DNA of 36,183 bases, from NCBI GenBank assembly GCA_001515185.1, contig LQHI01000062.1:1-36183 (forward strand). The letters are read 5' to 3'. The notes below the pieces were generated by a model that worked only from the letters and a program-made list of their open reading frames with translations, had not been told where the DNA came from and did no database searches. Within the stretch, counting starts at the first letter, position 1. Every line of letters begins with the position of its first letter. Positions 1-8,163 of the stretch are shown one piece after another. Position numbers and translations under genes: made by a program. The stretch comes from Hadesarchaea archaeon DG-33. Its GTDB lineage: Archaea; Hadarchaeota; Hadarchaeia; Hadarchaeales; Hadarchaeaceae.

Positions 1-799
1 TGTCAAAATCCACGCTTATAGGGAAGGGCCTCACGTGGATGGTGCGTCCTTTATATTTCACGTTAAGTGTCCCGTAATCGGGTTTAATCCCCATCACCTT
101 CTCAACGCTCGCCAAGAAGTTGACACAATAACTAGGAAGGTGAAAACCGATGAGGTCGTTCGCAAGCATGCCATCGAGTATCTCCTCCGCCCACGGTAGA
201 AGTGTGAAGGTGTCCCAAGTGGGCCAGGGGATATGCCAGAAGTGAGCAAGCACGAGCTTTTGTTTTTTCGGGGCTCCGTTCCTGACAATTTTTGGTGCTA
301 GCCCCAAGTGGTAGTCATGAAACCAAATGAAAGCCTTATCTATTCCCTTCGTCTCCTGCCTGATCGCCTCCGCATACAGCGTATTCGAGTGCTTGTAACC
401 GTTCCAGAATGATTTATCAAAAAATGGTTTTTGAAACACATTGTGGCAGAGAGGCCAAAGTGTCTGATTCGAAAAACCGAAGTAAAACTTGTCCACCTCG
501 TTCTTTGACATCCAGATTCTTTTAAGCACATATTTTGGGTTACCGGGGGGAACCCGGCACCGATTTTGTTTATCTACGTTTTTTCGATCAGCATCCCCAC
601 TACCACCTGCCACCCACGTTCCGCCAGTGGCCTGCATCAAGGGATCCAGGGCTGCCGTCAGACCTCCAGCGGGGGTCTTGACCTGTACCCCATCGGGCGT
701 GTGCATGTGAATGTATGGCTCGCGGTTAGAAACAATGAGGAATTTGTATCCCTTTAGTTTCGATTTTACAAGCTTCTGGACATCCTTCGCCGAGGCCAT
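1..799 (-). CDS. otsA: Trehalose-6-phosphate synthase (GT20), 5' part; runs off the window edge
   Basis: Not in the ORF track because no stop codon lies in the window. Manual translation from ATG at 799 gives MASAKDVQKLVKSKLKGYKFLIVSNREPY...AGGLTAALDPLM...FSNQTLWPLCH...IWFHDYHL...HFWHIPWP...LANDLIGFH...RPFPISVDF, all typical OtsA motifs. Confidence 0.93.
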   Translation of the reverse strand, partial: MASAKDVQKLVKSKLKGYKFLIVSNREPYIHMHTPDGVQVKTPAGGLTAALDPLMQATGGTWVAGGSGDADRKNVDKQNRCRVPPGNPKYVLKRIWMSKNEVDKFYFGFSNQTLWPLCHNVFQKPFFDKSFWNGYKHSNTLYAEAIRQETKGIDKAFIWFHDYHLGLAPKIVRNGAPKKQKLVLAHFWHIPWPTWDTFTLLPWAEEILDGMLANDLIGFHLPSYCVNFLASVEKVMGIKPDYGTLNVKYKGRTIHVRPFPISVDFD

Positions 800-827
800 A
801 TAACCAAGAAAATAGTGGTGGCGATTT

Positions 828-1829
828 TTGATATTAATCGGGTTTATTGTGGCGGGGTATGCGCTGAGATTTGTGTTAAACGTTTACGTCACTAGGCTCA
901 CTAGAAAGACGAAAACCAAGATTGACGATATCATTCTCGATGCCATCAAAGTACCGATAGTTGCGATATTCTTAATCATGGGGATTAACTTTGCTCTTGA
1001 GCGCGCAACGTTTGTCCCTGCAGAGGTCATGCAATATCTTCCGACCATCAGCTACCTGTTGATACTCTTAATAGCAACGTGGTGCACCGCGAAGATTATA
1101 ACTGGGATATTGAAGTACTACGGCACAGTGCGTCCCAGCGTGAGGACGCTCGTGCCAACGCTTCAGAAAATCATGAAAATCCTCATCTTTTTTGTAGCAT
1201 TCATCCTGATACTCGATGCACTTGGTATCCAAGTGACCGCGTTGGTCGCTGCCTTTGGGATAGGGGGCCTCGCAGTTGCATTCGCCCTCCAAGGGACGTT
1301 GTCCGAGTTCTTCGCCGGCGTTTACATTATGTCCGACCGACCCGTGAGAGTAGGAGATTATATCGAGCTAGACTCAGGTCAAAAAGGCTATGTGGAAGAC
1401 ATCGGCTGGCGTAGCACGAAAGTACGCGAACTTCCTAACAACATAATTGTAGTGCCGAACTCGAAAATGGCGGGAGCAATCGTCACCAATTACTACTTGC
1501 CCGAGCCACAGATGGCCTGCTTGGTCCAGGTTGGGGTAGCCTACGACAGCGACCTTGAGAAGGTTGAAAGAGTAACCATCGATGTAGGCAAAAAAGTGTT
1601 GAAAAAAGTGACTGGGGGGATACCTGAGTTCGAGCCCTTCATTCGTTATCACACCTTCAGCGACTTCAGCATAAACTTCACCGTCATCCTGAGGGTCAAA
1701 GAATTCGTGGACAAGTACCTGATCACCCACGAGTTTGTAAAAGAGCTGCACAAGCGCTACAAGAAGGAGGGCATCACAATCCCGTTCCCGATCCGCACGA
1801 TCTTAATGCCCAAGAGACGAGCTTCCTAG
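828..1829 (+). CDS. mscS: Small-conductance mechanosensitive channel (MscS family)
   Basis: N-terminal TM helices, GIGGLAVAFALQ, RPVRVGDYI, GYVEDIGWRST, IVVPNS, GITIPFP. TTG start preceded by GGTGG. Confidence 0.93.
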   Translation: MILIGFIVAGYALRFVLNVYVTRLTRKTKTKIDDIILDAIKVPIVAIFLIMGINFALERATFVPAEVMQYLPTISYLLILLIATWCTAKIITGILKYYGTVRPSVRTLVPTLQKIMKILIFFVAFILILDALGIQVTALVAAFGIGGLAVAFALQGTLSEFFAGVYIMSDRPVRVGDYIELDSGQKGYVEDIGWRSTKVRELPNNIIVVPNSKMAGAIVTNYYLPEPQMACLVQVGVAYDSDLEKVERVTIDVGKKVLKKVTGGIPEFEPFIRYHTFSDFSINFTVILRVKEFVDKYLITHEFVKELHKRYKKEGITIPFPIRTILMPKRRAS

Positions 1830-1881
1830 CCTCTCGTTTATTTAATACAACGCGACAAACGATTATCGAAAGTGATACTCT

Positions 1882-3279
1882 ATGGTGCTCGATAGACTTG
1901 GGAGGACCCTGCATAGCGCCCTCCGGAAGCTGACACGCACGGCCCATGTCGACGAGCGGGTGGTCAAGGAGTTAGTGCGGGATATCCAGCGCGCTCTGCT
2001 ACAGGCGGATGTCAATGTAGAACTCGTGCTGGAGATGACGAAGCGGATAGAAAAGCGGGCACTCGAGGAGAAGATCCCCCCTGGCATGGCACGCAAAGAG
2101 CACATCATCAAGATTGTATACGAAGAACTTTCCACGCTCATGGGGCGTCCAGCCCAACTACAGCTCAAGCCCGGAGAATTCACGATACTGCTGATGGTCG
2201 GCCTTCAAGGAAGTGGGAAGACGACCTCGGTGGCGAAGCTAGCATCTCACTTCAAGAAACGGGGCTTCAAGGTTGGCATTGTCTGCGCAGATACCTTCCG
2301 CCCAGGTGCGTACGAACAGCTCAGCCAACTTGGTCAACAGGTCGACACAAGATTTTTCGGCGACCCCAAAGCCAAGGATTCGATCAAGCTTGCAAAGAAA
2401 GGCGTCGAGCAGTTCAAAAAAGAGCATCTTGAATTAATCGTCGTTGACACGGCCGGCAGGCATCGCAAAGAGGAAGCCCTGATGGAAGAAATGCGCCAAA
2501 TCGCCAAATCAATAGGGCCTGACGAAATCATGCTCGTCGTGGATGGGACGATAGGGCAACAGGCGAAAGAGCAGGCTGCAGCATTCAAAACCGCAACGGA
2601 CATAGGCTCGATTTTGATTACCAAACTGGATGGCACCGCAAAAGGTGGGGGGGCACTCTCGGCGGTTGCGGCCACTGATGCTCCGATAAAGTTCATAGGT
2701 GTCGGTGAACACCTAGATGACCTCGAACCTTTTGTGCCCGAGCGCTTCGTGGCTCGCCTGCTCGGGATGGGCGACATTGAAACATTGCTGAAGCGGATTG
2801 AGGAGACCGCAAGGGCCGAAGAGGTGAAGCCCGCCGATATGAAAGCAATCCTCGCGGGCAAGCTCACCTTGCAAGACGTTTACAGCCAGCTCGAGATGAT
2901 GGGCAAAATGGGCCCCTTCAAGAAGCTTATGCAGATGATCCCGGGGCTAGGAGTAACCATACCTGAAGAACAGATGCGTGTGGGAGAGGAGAAACTAAAG
3001 CGTTTTAAGGTGATCATGCAGTCAATGACTCCTGAGGAACTCGAAAACCCGAAGTTACTCAACGCCTCACGGATTCGCCGAATAGCCCGAGGCTCGGGTA
3101 CGAGCGAGACAGATGTTAAAGAATTACTAAAACAATATGAATTCATGAAAAAAATGATTAAAAAGATGATAAAAGGGCGGGGCCCAAAATTCGGCCCGTT
3201 TGCGAAGCTCATGAAACAATTGCCGAAGGGAATATCTAATAATGTCGAAACAAAGGGGGCTAGCGGAAAAAGTTCTTAA
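1882..3279 (+). CDS. srp54: Signal recognition particle 54 kDa protein
   Basis: GLQGSGKTT, DTFRPGA, DTAGR and TKLDG GTPase motifs; Met-rich M domain with SRIRRIARGSG. Confidence 0.97.
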   Translation: MVLDRLGRTLHSALRKLTRTAHVDERVVKELVRDIQRALLQADVNVELVLEMTKRIEKRALEEKIPPGMARKEHIIKIVYEELSTLMGRPAQLQLKPGEFTILLMVGLQGSGKTTSVAKLASHFKKRGFKVGIVCADTFRPGAYEQLSQLGQQVDTRFFGDPKAKDSIKLAKKGVEQFKKEHLELIVVDTAGRHRKEEALMEEMRQIAKSIGPDEIMLVVDGTIGQQAKEQAAAFKTATDIGSILITKLDGTAKGGGALSAVAATDAPIKFIGVGEHLDDLEPFVPERFVARLLGMGDIETLLKRIEETARAEEVKPADMKAILAGKLTLQDVYSQLEMMGKMGPFKKLMQMIPGLGVTIPEEQMRVGEEKLKRFKVIMQSMTPEELENPKLLNASRIRRIARGSGTSETDVKELLKQYEFMKKMIKKMIKGRGPKFGPFAKLMKQLPKGISNNVETKGASGKSS

Positions 3280-3332
3280 GCGAGGGCGTGTAGTTAGATT
3301 TGTTGGGAGAGCCTATTACTTAGGGTGTTACC

Positions 3333-3632
3333 ATGGCTAAAAGATCGAAAGGTTATCGAAGCAAAAGCAGAAGAAAGCTCACCAAACATGTCCGTGAGCG
3401 CGGACTTTCGCCCGTGAGCCGAGTGATACAAGAGCTTGGGCCTGGCAAGAAGGTTGCTATCATCCTTGACCCAAGCGTCGCGAAGGGGCAACCCCACCCA
3501 CGGTACCATGGCAGGACTGGGGTTATTCAGGAACGTTGTGGACGAGCTTACGTGGTCGAAATCAAGGATGGGGGGTCCATCAAAAAGGTTATTTCCCGCC
3601 CAGAACACCTTAGAACGGTGGGGGCAAGATGA
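3333..3632 (+). CDS. rpl21e: 50S ribosomal protein eL21
   Basis: MAKRSKGYRSKSRRKL...KGQPHPRYHGRTG...RPEHL. Confidence 0.96.
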   Translation: MAKRSKGYRSKSRRKLTKHVRERGLSPVSRVIQELGPGKKVAIILDPSVAKGQPHPRYHGRTGVIQERCGRAYVVEIKDGGSIKKVISRPEHLRTVGAR

Positions 3633-3967
3633 TAGGAAAGGAGGTAACGGGTGAAAAACCCGTGCCATTGACTAAAGTGCTTGAAATCCTCGAAAAACAG
3701 AAAAAGCAGGGAGAGCTAGAGTACGGACAACGGCTCACCTACGATTATGCACAAAAATTTGCGAAGTTAGATGTCAAAAAAACAGAGGAACTGATCGGTG
3801 AGTTGCTCAAGCTCGAGAAGATAAGGGAACACCAAGCAATTGCACTCGTTGATCTGATGCCCGAAAGAAAAGAGGATGTGGAACTCATTTTCGCAAAAGA
3901 ACGAACGAGGCTTGAAGGAGAAGACATCAAGAAAATTTTAGAGATAATAAACAAGTACAGGAAGTAG
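3629..3967 (+). CDS. rpo4: RNA polymerase subunit Rpo4 (RpoF)
   Basis: ELEYGQRLTYDYAQKFAKL...LVDLMP...IFAKER; conserved position after rpl21e. Confidence 0.92.
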   Translation: MIGKEVTGEKPVPLTKVLEILEKQKKQGELEYGQRLTYDYAQKFAKLDVKKTEELIGELLKLEKIREHQAIALVDLMPERKEDVELIFAKERTRLEGEDIKKILEIINKYRK

Positions 3968-3988
3968 TTCCCAGCTAATTGGAGGCAC

Positions 3989-4591
3989 GTGTTCTTGGTC
4001 GATAAGAAATATGAAGACCGGGGCATAGTAGTGGATTTCCTGCCTGATGGGAACCCGGGCGATCCTAGACCAATTCATCTGCGTGAGCCCATAGCTCAGA
4101 TTCTTGGCGACACGTTTTTCACCCTGCTTGAAATCGTCCCCATAACAGGAGTAACATTTACCCCTCACGAACGCGTTTTTATAGGCAAGGGCGGGCGAGA
4201 CAAAGTCGAACGAATCAAACGCCGCGTGGGTTACGAGGAGCTCACAGCTGCGGCAAAAGCAGAGCTGCCGGTCGCCATAGAGGGACTGATCAACGATGCC
4301 CCAGAACGATTCATAGAGTTCTTCAATCGCGCCGCGCCTCTGACCACGCGCTTCCACCAACTCGAACTCATCCCGGGGATAGGGAAGAAACTTATGTGGG
4401 CGGTCATCGAAGAGCGGAAGAAGGGCCTCTTCGCGGACTTCGAAGATTTAAATAAAAGGGTAAAGGGGTTGACCAACCCGAAAGGCCTGATTGCGAAACG
4501 GATAATCATGGAGTTAGAGGGCTCCGACAAATACCGCGTCTTCGTGCGCCCACCATCTAGAAGGGCTTCCGTCGAGGGCGAGGCACCTTAG
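3989..4591 (+). CDS. DUF655 family predicted RNA-binding protein
   Basis: VDFLPDG, AQILGDTFFTLLE, ERVFIGKGGRDK, HQLELIPGIGKK (HhH-like); conserved position after rpo4. Confidence 0.9.
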   Translation: MFLVDKKYEDRGIVVDFLPDGNPGDPRPIHLREPIAQILGDTFFTLLEIVPITGVTFTPHERVFIGKGGRDKVERIKRRVGYEELTAAAKAELPVAIEGLINDAPERFIEFFNRAAPLTTRFHQLELIPGIGKKLMWAVIEERKKGLFADFEDLNKRVKGLTNPKGLIAKRIIMELEGSDKYRVFVRPPSRRASVEGEAP

Positions 4592-5960
4592 CTATCAGGT
4601 AGCTAACGAATGCTATCACCGGAATTATCTCGAGGCGTCCGACTAGCATTTGAACTGTCATGCTTATCTTCCCTGCCAGGGGCATCGCTGCTGAAGTTAT
4701 CCCCACAGATAAGCCAACGTTCCCTTGAGCTGAGGCCGACTCAAATACCGAATTAATGGCTGGGTTGCCCACTGCCATCAGCACTATTGCACCGCTTATC
4801 AGCACGATAATGTAGAGAAATGCGTAAATGGCGGTTTCCATCATCTCCTGTTCGCTGTAAATCCTACCCGATATTTTCATCGGCACAACTGCCCGCTCGG
4901 GGAGAAAGCTTCGCTTAATCATCCAGTGGACAGCCTTAACGATAATCACGGTTCGGATGAGCTTGATCGCACTCGAGGTTGAACCATACCCGCCACCTAC
5001 AACCATGAGGATTGTGAGCAGGCCCTTCTGGGGATCCCCCCACATTGAGAGGGTGGCCGTGGAGAAGCCCGTTCCCGTCAGGGCAGAGGAAGATTGAAAT
5101 AGCGCGTCCTGTAACCCCACGCTCCACACAAGCAAAAGCGTAGCCAGCGCTATCAGCGCGAGCATCAGCCGAACCTCGATGTTTTGGAAGAGTTCCCGCC
5201 AGTGCCCTGACATGACCCTTCGGTGGATTGCGAAGCTGACTGCACCAGCCATCATTATCAAAATTGTAACTGCAAGCACCGGGGAGCCGTATTCAGCGAA
5301 ACTCGCATTACGTACGCTGAATCCGCCGGTGGCGATTCCCGTCATCGAGTGGTTAACTGCCTCAAACAGCGACATGTTGGGTGCCCCTGTGAAGTACAAC
5401 CCGACGATGCCGAGAAGCGTGAGCAACAAATATATTTTCCATAGAGAACGAGCAGTTTCCCGAATGCTTGGCTCGATACGATCGGCTCGCGCCTCAGCAA
5501 CGTACATTTTCCGAGCTGCTTTCCCCGCACCGATGAGGGCTGCTAAGAAGAGAACAATCACACCCATGCCACCCACCCACTCGGTCAGGCTACGCCAGAA
5601 AAGGATGGTGGGTGAAACTGCTTCGACATTAGAAATCATTGTTAGTCCCGTGGCCGTGAAACCAGACATGCTCTCAAAGTAAGCGTCCTCTACTAGCATG
5701 TTGTTGCCGAAGATATAGGGTATCGAGCCGAATGCCGAGAAGATGATCCAACCTAAAGCGACAAGCACCATTGCCTTGCCTAAGGTTATATCAATAGGCT
5801 GAAAACGCCGCCTAAGGAAAAACCCTAGCACGAAGACGATGACCGCTGGGGCTATGAAATATGGGAGCAAGTGGGTTTCGTTGGTTAGAAACGCCACTGG
5901 AACCGGCGCCAACATCACCGCGCCTAGGGCGATCAGAATGAACCCTATGAAATGTAGCAT
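4557..5960 (-). CDS. trkH: Trk potassium uptake permease
   Basis: Four pore loops (SGFTATGL, GIATGGF, LTGTGF, QGNVGL) and GRLEI. The 3' end overlaps the convergent DUF655 gene. Confidence 0.93.
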   Translation of the reverse strand: MLHFIGFILIALGAVMLAPVPVAFLTNETHLLPYFIAPAVIVFVLGFFLRRRFQPIDITLGKAMVLVALGWIIFSAFGSIPYIFGNNMLVEDAYFESMSGFTATGLTMISNVEAVSPTILFWRSLTEWVGGMGVIVLFLAALIGAGKAARKMYVAEARADRIEPSIRETARSLWKIYLLLTLLGIVGLYFTGAPNMSLFEAVNHSMTGIATGGFSVRNASFAEYGSPVLAVTILIMMAGAVSFAIHRRVMSGHWRELFQNIEVRLMLALIALATLLLVWSVGLQDALFQSSSALTGTGFSTATLSMWGDPQKGLLTILMVVGGGYGSTSSAIKLIRTVIIVKAVHWMIKRSFLPERAVVPMKISGRIYSEQEMMETAIYAFLYIIVLISGAIVLMAVGNPAINSVFESASAQGNVGLSVGITSAAMPLAGKISMTVQMLVGRLEIIPVIAFVSYLIAKVPRPRRKPF

Positions 5961-6142
5961 CGTGCAACCTCCGACGGTATACCCTTGCCGAAAGTGTATA
6001 AAGGATTTGCTAAGTTAAGACCTAAACTGTAGGTTTGAACTTGAAACTCATGCTTAATTTTGGTAGGTGCAGGAAACCCGACGCACTACGCACGAAATCC
6101 TCGAAAATCTCCAAATACAAAGAAACTTAAAAGCAGGTGAGA

Positions 6143-6484
6143 TTAGACATTTTCTCCAGAGAATTCCTGAAGTACCTCAACCAACGCAGTGTCGAAACCC
6201 TTTTCATCTTCGGGTCTAAACTTCCGTGAGAGCCTCTCCCGCACGCTTTTGACGAGTTCTACAACTTGTTCCTGTTTGTATTCCCCATTCACCACGCGGT
6301 TAATCACTGATAGCTCTCCTCCGGCCTCAAGGGCCGTAACCATGCCCCGCAGCGCCAGCAGGTAGCCTCGCCCGAACTCATCGTTGAAGTCAACTTTGCT
6401 CTTCATTTGCTCGAGCCATTCCTTAGCCTTTTTTGTATCCCTTTCCCTGAGGGTCTGTACGAAAGATTTCAGGTCCAATTCCAT
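6143..6484 (-). CDS. Hypothetical protein (helical, 113 aa)
   Basis: Clean ORF with a GGTGG SD-like motif upstream; no family recognised. Confidence 0.7.
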   Translation of the reverse strand: MELDLKSFVQTLRERDTKKAKEWLEQMKSKVDFNDEFGRGYLLALRGMVTALEAGGELSVINRVVNGEYKQEQVVELVKSVRERLSRKFRPEDEKGFDTALVEVLQEFSGENV

Positions 6485-6657
6485 GTGACCACCTAGATTT
6501 TAACCAAAAGTTAAGAAACCCCTGAGGCTATAACGGTTTCCGACACAGCACAAAAACTCATCGTGAAAAAAGCGCGGGCTGATAACCATTAAGCATATGC
6601 CACACGAGGCATTTCTCGTGGCAGAGGCTGTCGAGAGTGCTGCAAGAGTGGCTTACC

Positions 6658-6915
6658 TCACTCGCGGATTGTTTCCAAAACGCTGAGGGCACTCCATATC
6701 GTCGTTCGGGTGTGGATGGGCATATTCGGGTCATTACTTATCTCGTCAAGTATCATTGTCGCAGAAGAAGCCTTGAGCACTGAATCGCCCTCCTTTTTCA
6801 ACAGGGCATTCTTAGCTTCGTTTGCAGCTCTTCGAATGTTACGGGGGACTGAAGTGTCCTCTGCCACGCGCGCCATAATTTCCGCCACCTGCCTTAGCTT
6901 GACCTCTGAGGACAC
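6658..6915 (-). CDS. UPF0147 family protein
   Basis: DTSVPRNIRRAA and LDEISNDPNMPIHTRTTIW are family signatures. GTG at 6915, preceded by GGGTGAT, is preferred over the track start at 6945. Confidence 0.9.
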   Translation of the reverse strand: MSSEVKLRQVAEIMARVAEDTSVPRNIRRAANEAKNALLKKEGDSVLKASSATMILDEISNDPNMPIHTRTTIWSALSVLETIRE

Positions 6916-6986
6916 GATTATCACCCGTTCGCATATCCAATCCACTTAATTTTAAGGAGGGGGCCTCATAAAGAGTTTGGGGTCAA

Positions 6987-7313
6987 ATGCAAGACGAAAG
7001 GATAGCTAAAATGACGGAAATGCTCCTCGGCGGGGGGAAAATGCTTTCGGTGCACTGCGGCACCTGCAAGGGGCCCCTCTTCGAGTTTAAGGGGAAAGTT
7101 ATCTGCCCAGTCTGTGGCGAGAGAACCGAAGCCGCGAAAGCTGAAGCTAAGCCCAAAGCTGCTCCCACCGAGAAAGTTGAAGGCATCCTAAGTGCCAAGC
7201 TAAATGTGCTCGCTACTCAGCTCGAAAAGGAAACTGACCACGTCAAGACCTTAGAACTGCTCGATCGTATTAAATCTATCCTTGAAGTACTCGAAAAGTT
7301 GAAGGAGAGGTGA
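6987..7313 (+). CDS. UPF0148 / Sjogren autoantigen p27-like zinc-ribbon protein
   Basis: MLLGGGKMLSVHCGTCKGPLF...VICPVC; usual divergent neighbour of UPF0147. Confidence 0.88.
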   Translation: MQDERIAKMTEMLLGGGKMLSVHCGTCKGPLFEFKGKVICPVCGERTEAAKAEAKPKAAPTEKVEGILSAKLNVLATQLEKETDHVKTLELLDRIKSILEVLEKLKER

Positions 7314-7317
7314 AAAC

Positions 7318-7554
7318 TTGCGAAAGGATGAAATTCTCACGGCGTTAAGAGAGGCCGGAGTCGCGCTCACCATCGAGGAGCTCTCTCAGCAAACTGGGAT
7401 CGACATCGCCCACCTACGGGTCGATCTCTTCAGACTGGCTGAGGAGGGAAAGGTCGAGCGCCGACAGCGGGAAAACAAGCCCACTTGGACGATAAAGGTG
7501 AGTACAGCCCTAGATCGGCGCTACGAGAAGCTCTCTAAAAAATATGTTCCGTGA
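7318..7554 (+). CDS. Small winged-helix DNA-binding protein (FaeA/PapI- or Zalpha-like)
   Basis: ILTALREAG..LTIEELSQQTG...LFRLAEEGKVER...PTW pattern; GAGGTGA SD before TTG. Confidence 0.75.
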   Translation: MRKDEILTALREAGVALTIEELSQQTGIDIAHLRVDLFRLAEEGKVERRQRENKPTWTIKVSTALDRRYEKLSKKYVP

Positions 7555-8159
7555 TCTGGTTGCTCTGGCTCGACCTCGCTAAAATCCTCCTGGCCGGTGT
7601 CGTGCTTGGCCTCGTAGTCGGTAAGCTCGTTGTGTTGAGGCCCTCCTACCTCGAGCGAATACGTCCACGCTATTGGCTACCCATCGCGCGCCGAATGCGA
7701 AGGCGGGAGTCGATTAGGCTTATCTCAATTGCACTTGCATTTACCGCTGCGGCGCTCGTCGTGGCGACCATAGTGGGGAATCTCCTTTATGGGGCTGGGG
7801 TGGAGCTGTACTCGAGGGATGAGTACCCCTTCACGGCGCTCCAAGAACAGTATCCGTTGCTGTTGCTCGTGATGGTTAACTTGCTGCCGATTTTTGAGGA
7901 GTGGATATTCAGGGGGATTCTACTCGAGGAAGTGGCACGGCGGACTCGCTCGAAATGGATCGGGGTGATGGTCTCGGCCCTCATCTTCGCCGCGTTTCAC
8001 CTCTCAAATCCTGGTACTTATCCCGCGTTCGCGATACCTTTGCTCGGGGCGGGGCTCCTGCTCGGGACCTGTTATCTGGTAAGTGGACTGGCTGGAGCGA
8101 TTATAGCCCACAACGCTTACAATTCAATTTTAGTGGTTCTCTGGGCCATAGGTGTATGA
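7551..8159 (+). CDS. CPBP (Abi/CAAX) intramembrane glutamic protease
   Basis: EEWIFRG, FAAFH and AHNAYN motifs in a hydrophobic protein. Confidence 0.9.
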   Translation: MIWLLWLDLAKILLAGVVLGLVVGKLVVLRPSYLERIRPRYWLPIARRMRRRESIRLISIALAFTAAALVVATIVGNLLYGAGVELYSRDEYPFTALQEQYPLLLLVMVNLLPIFEEWIFRGILLEEVARRTRSKWIGVMVSALIFAAFHLSNPGTYPAFAIPLLGAGLLLGTCYLVSGLAGAIIAHNAYNSILVVLWAIGV

Positions 8160-8163
8160 ACTT

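Noticed and set aside
94..757. Short ORF-track ORFs at the window start
   Set aside because: They are shadows of the real otsA frame (1-799, minus strand).
6598..6623. Hairpin TGCCACACGAG...CTCGTGGCA downstream of UPF0147
   Set aside because: A single hairpin without further structure; cannot be assigned a function.
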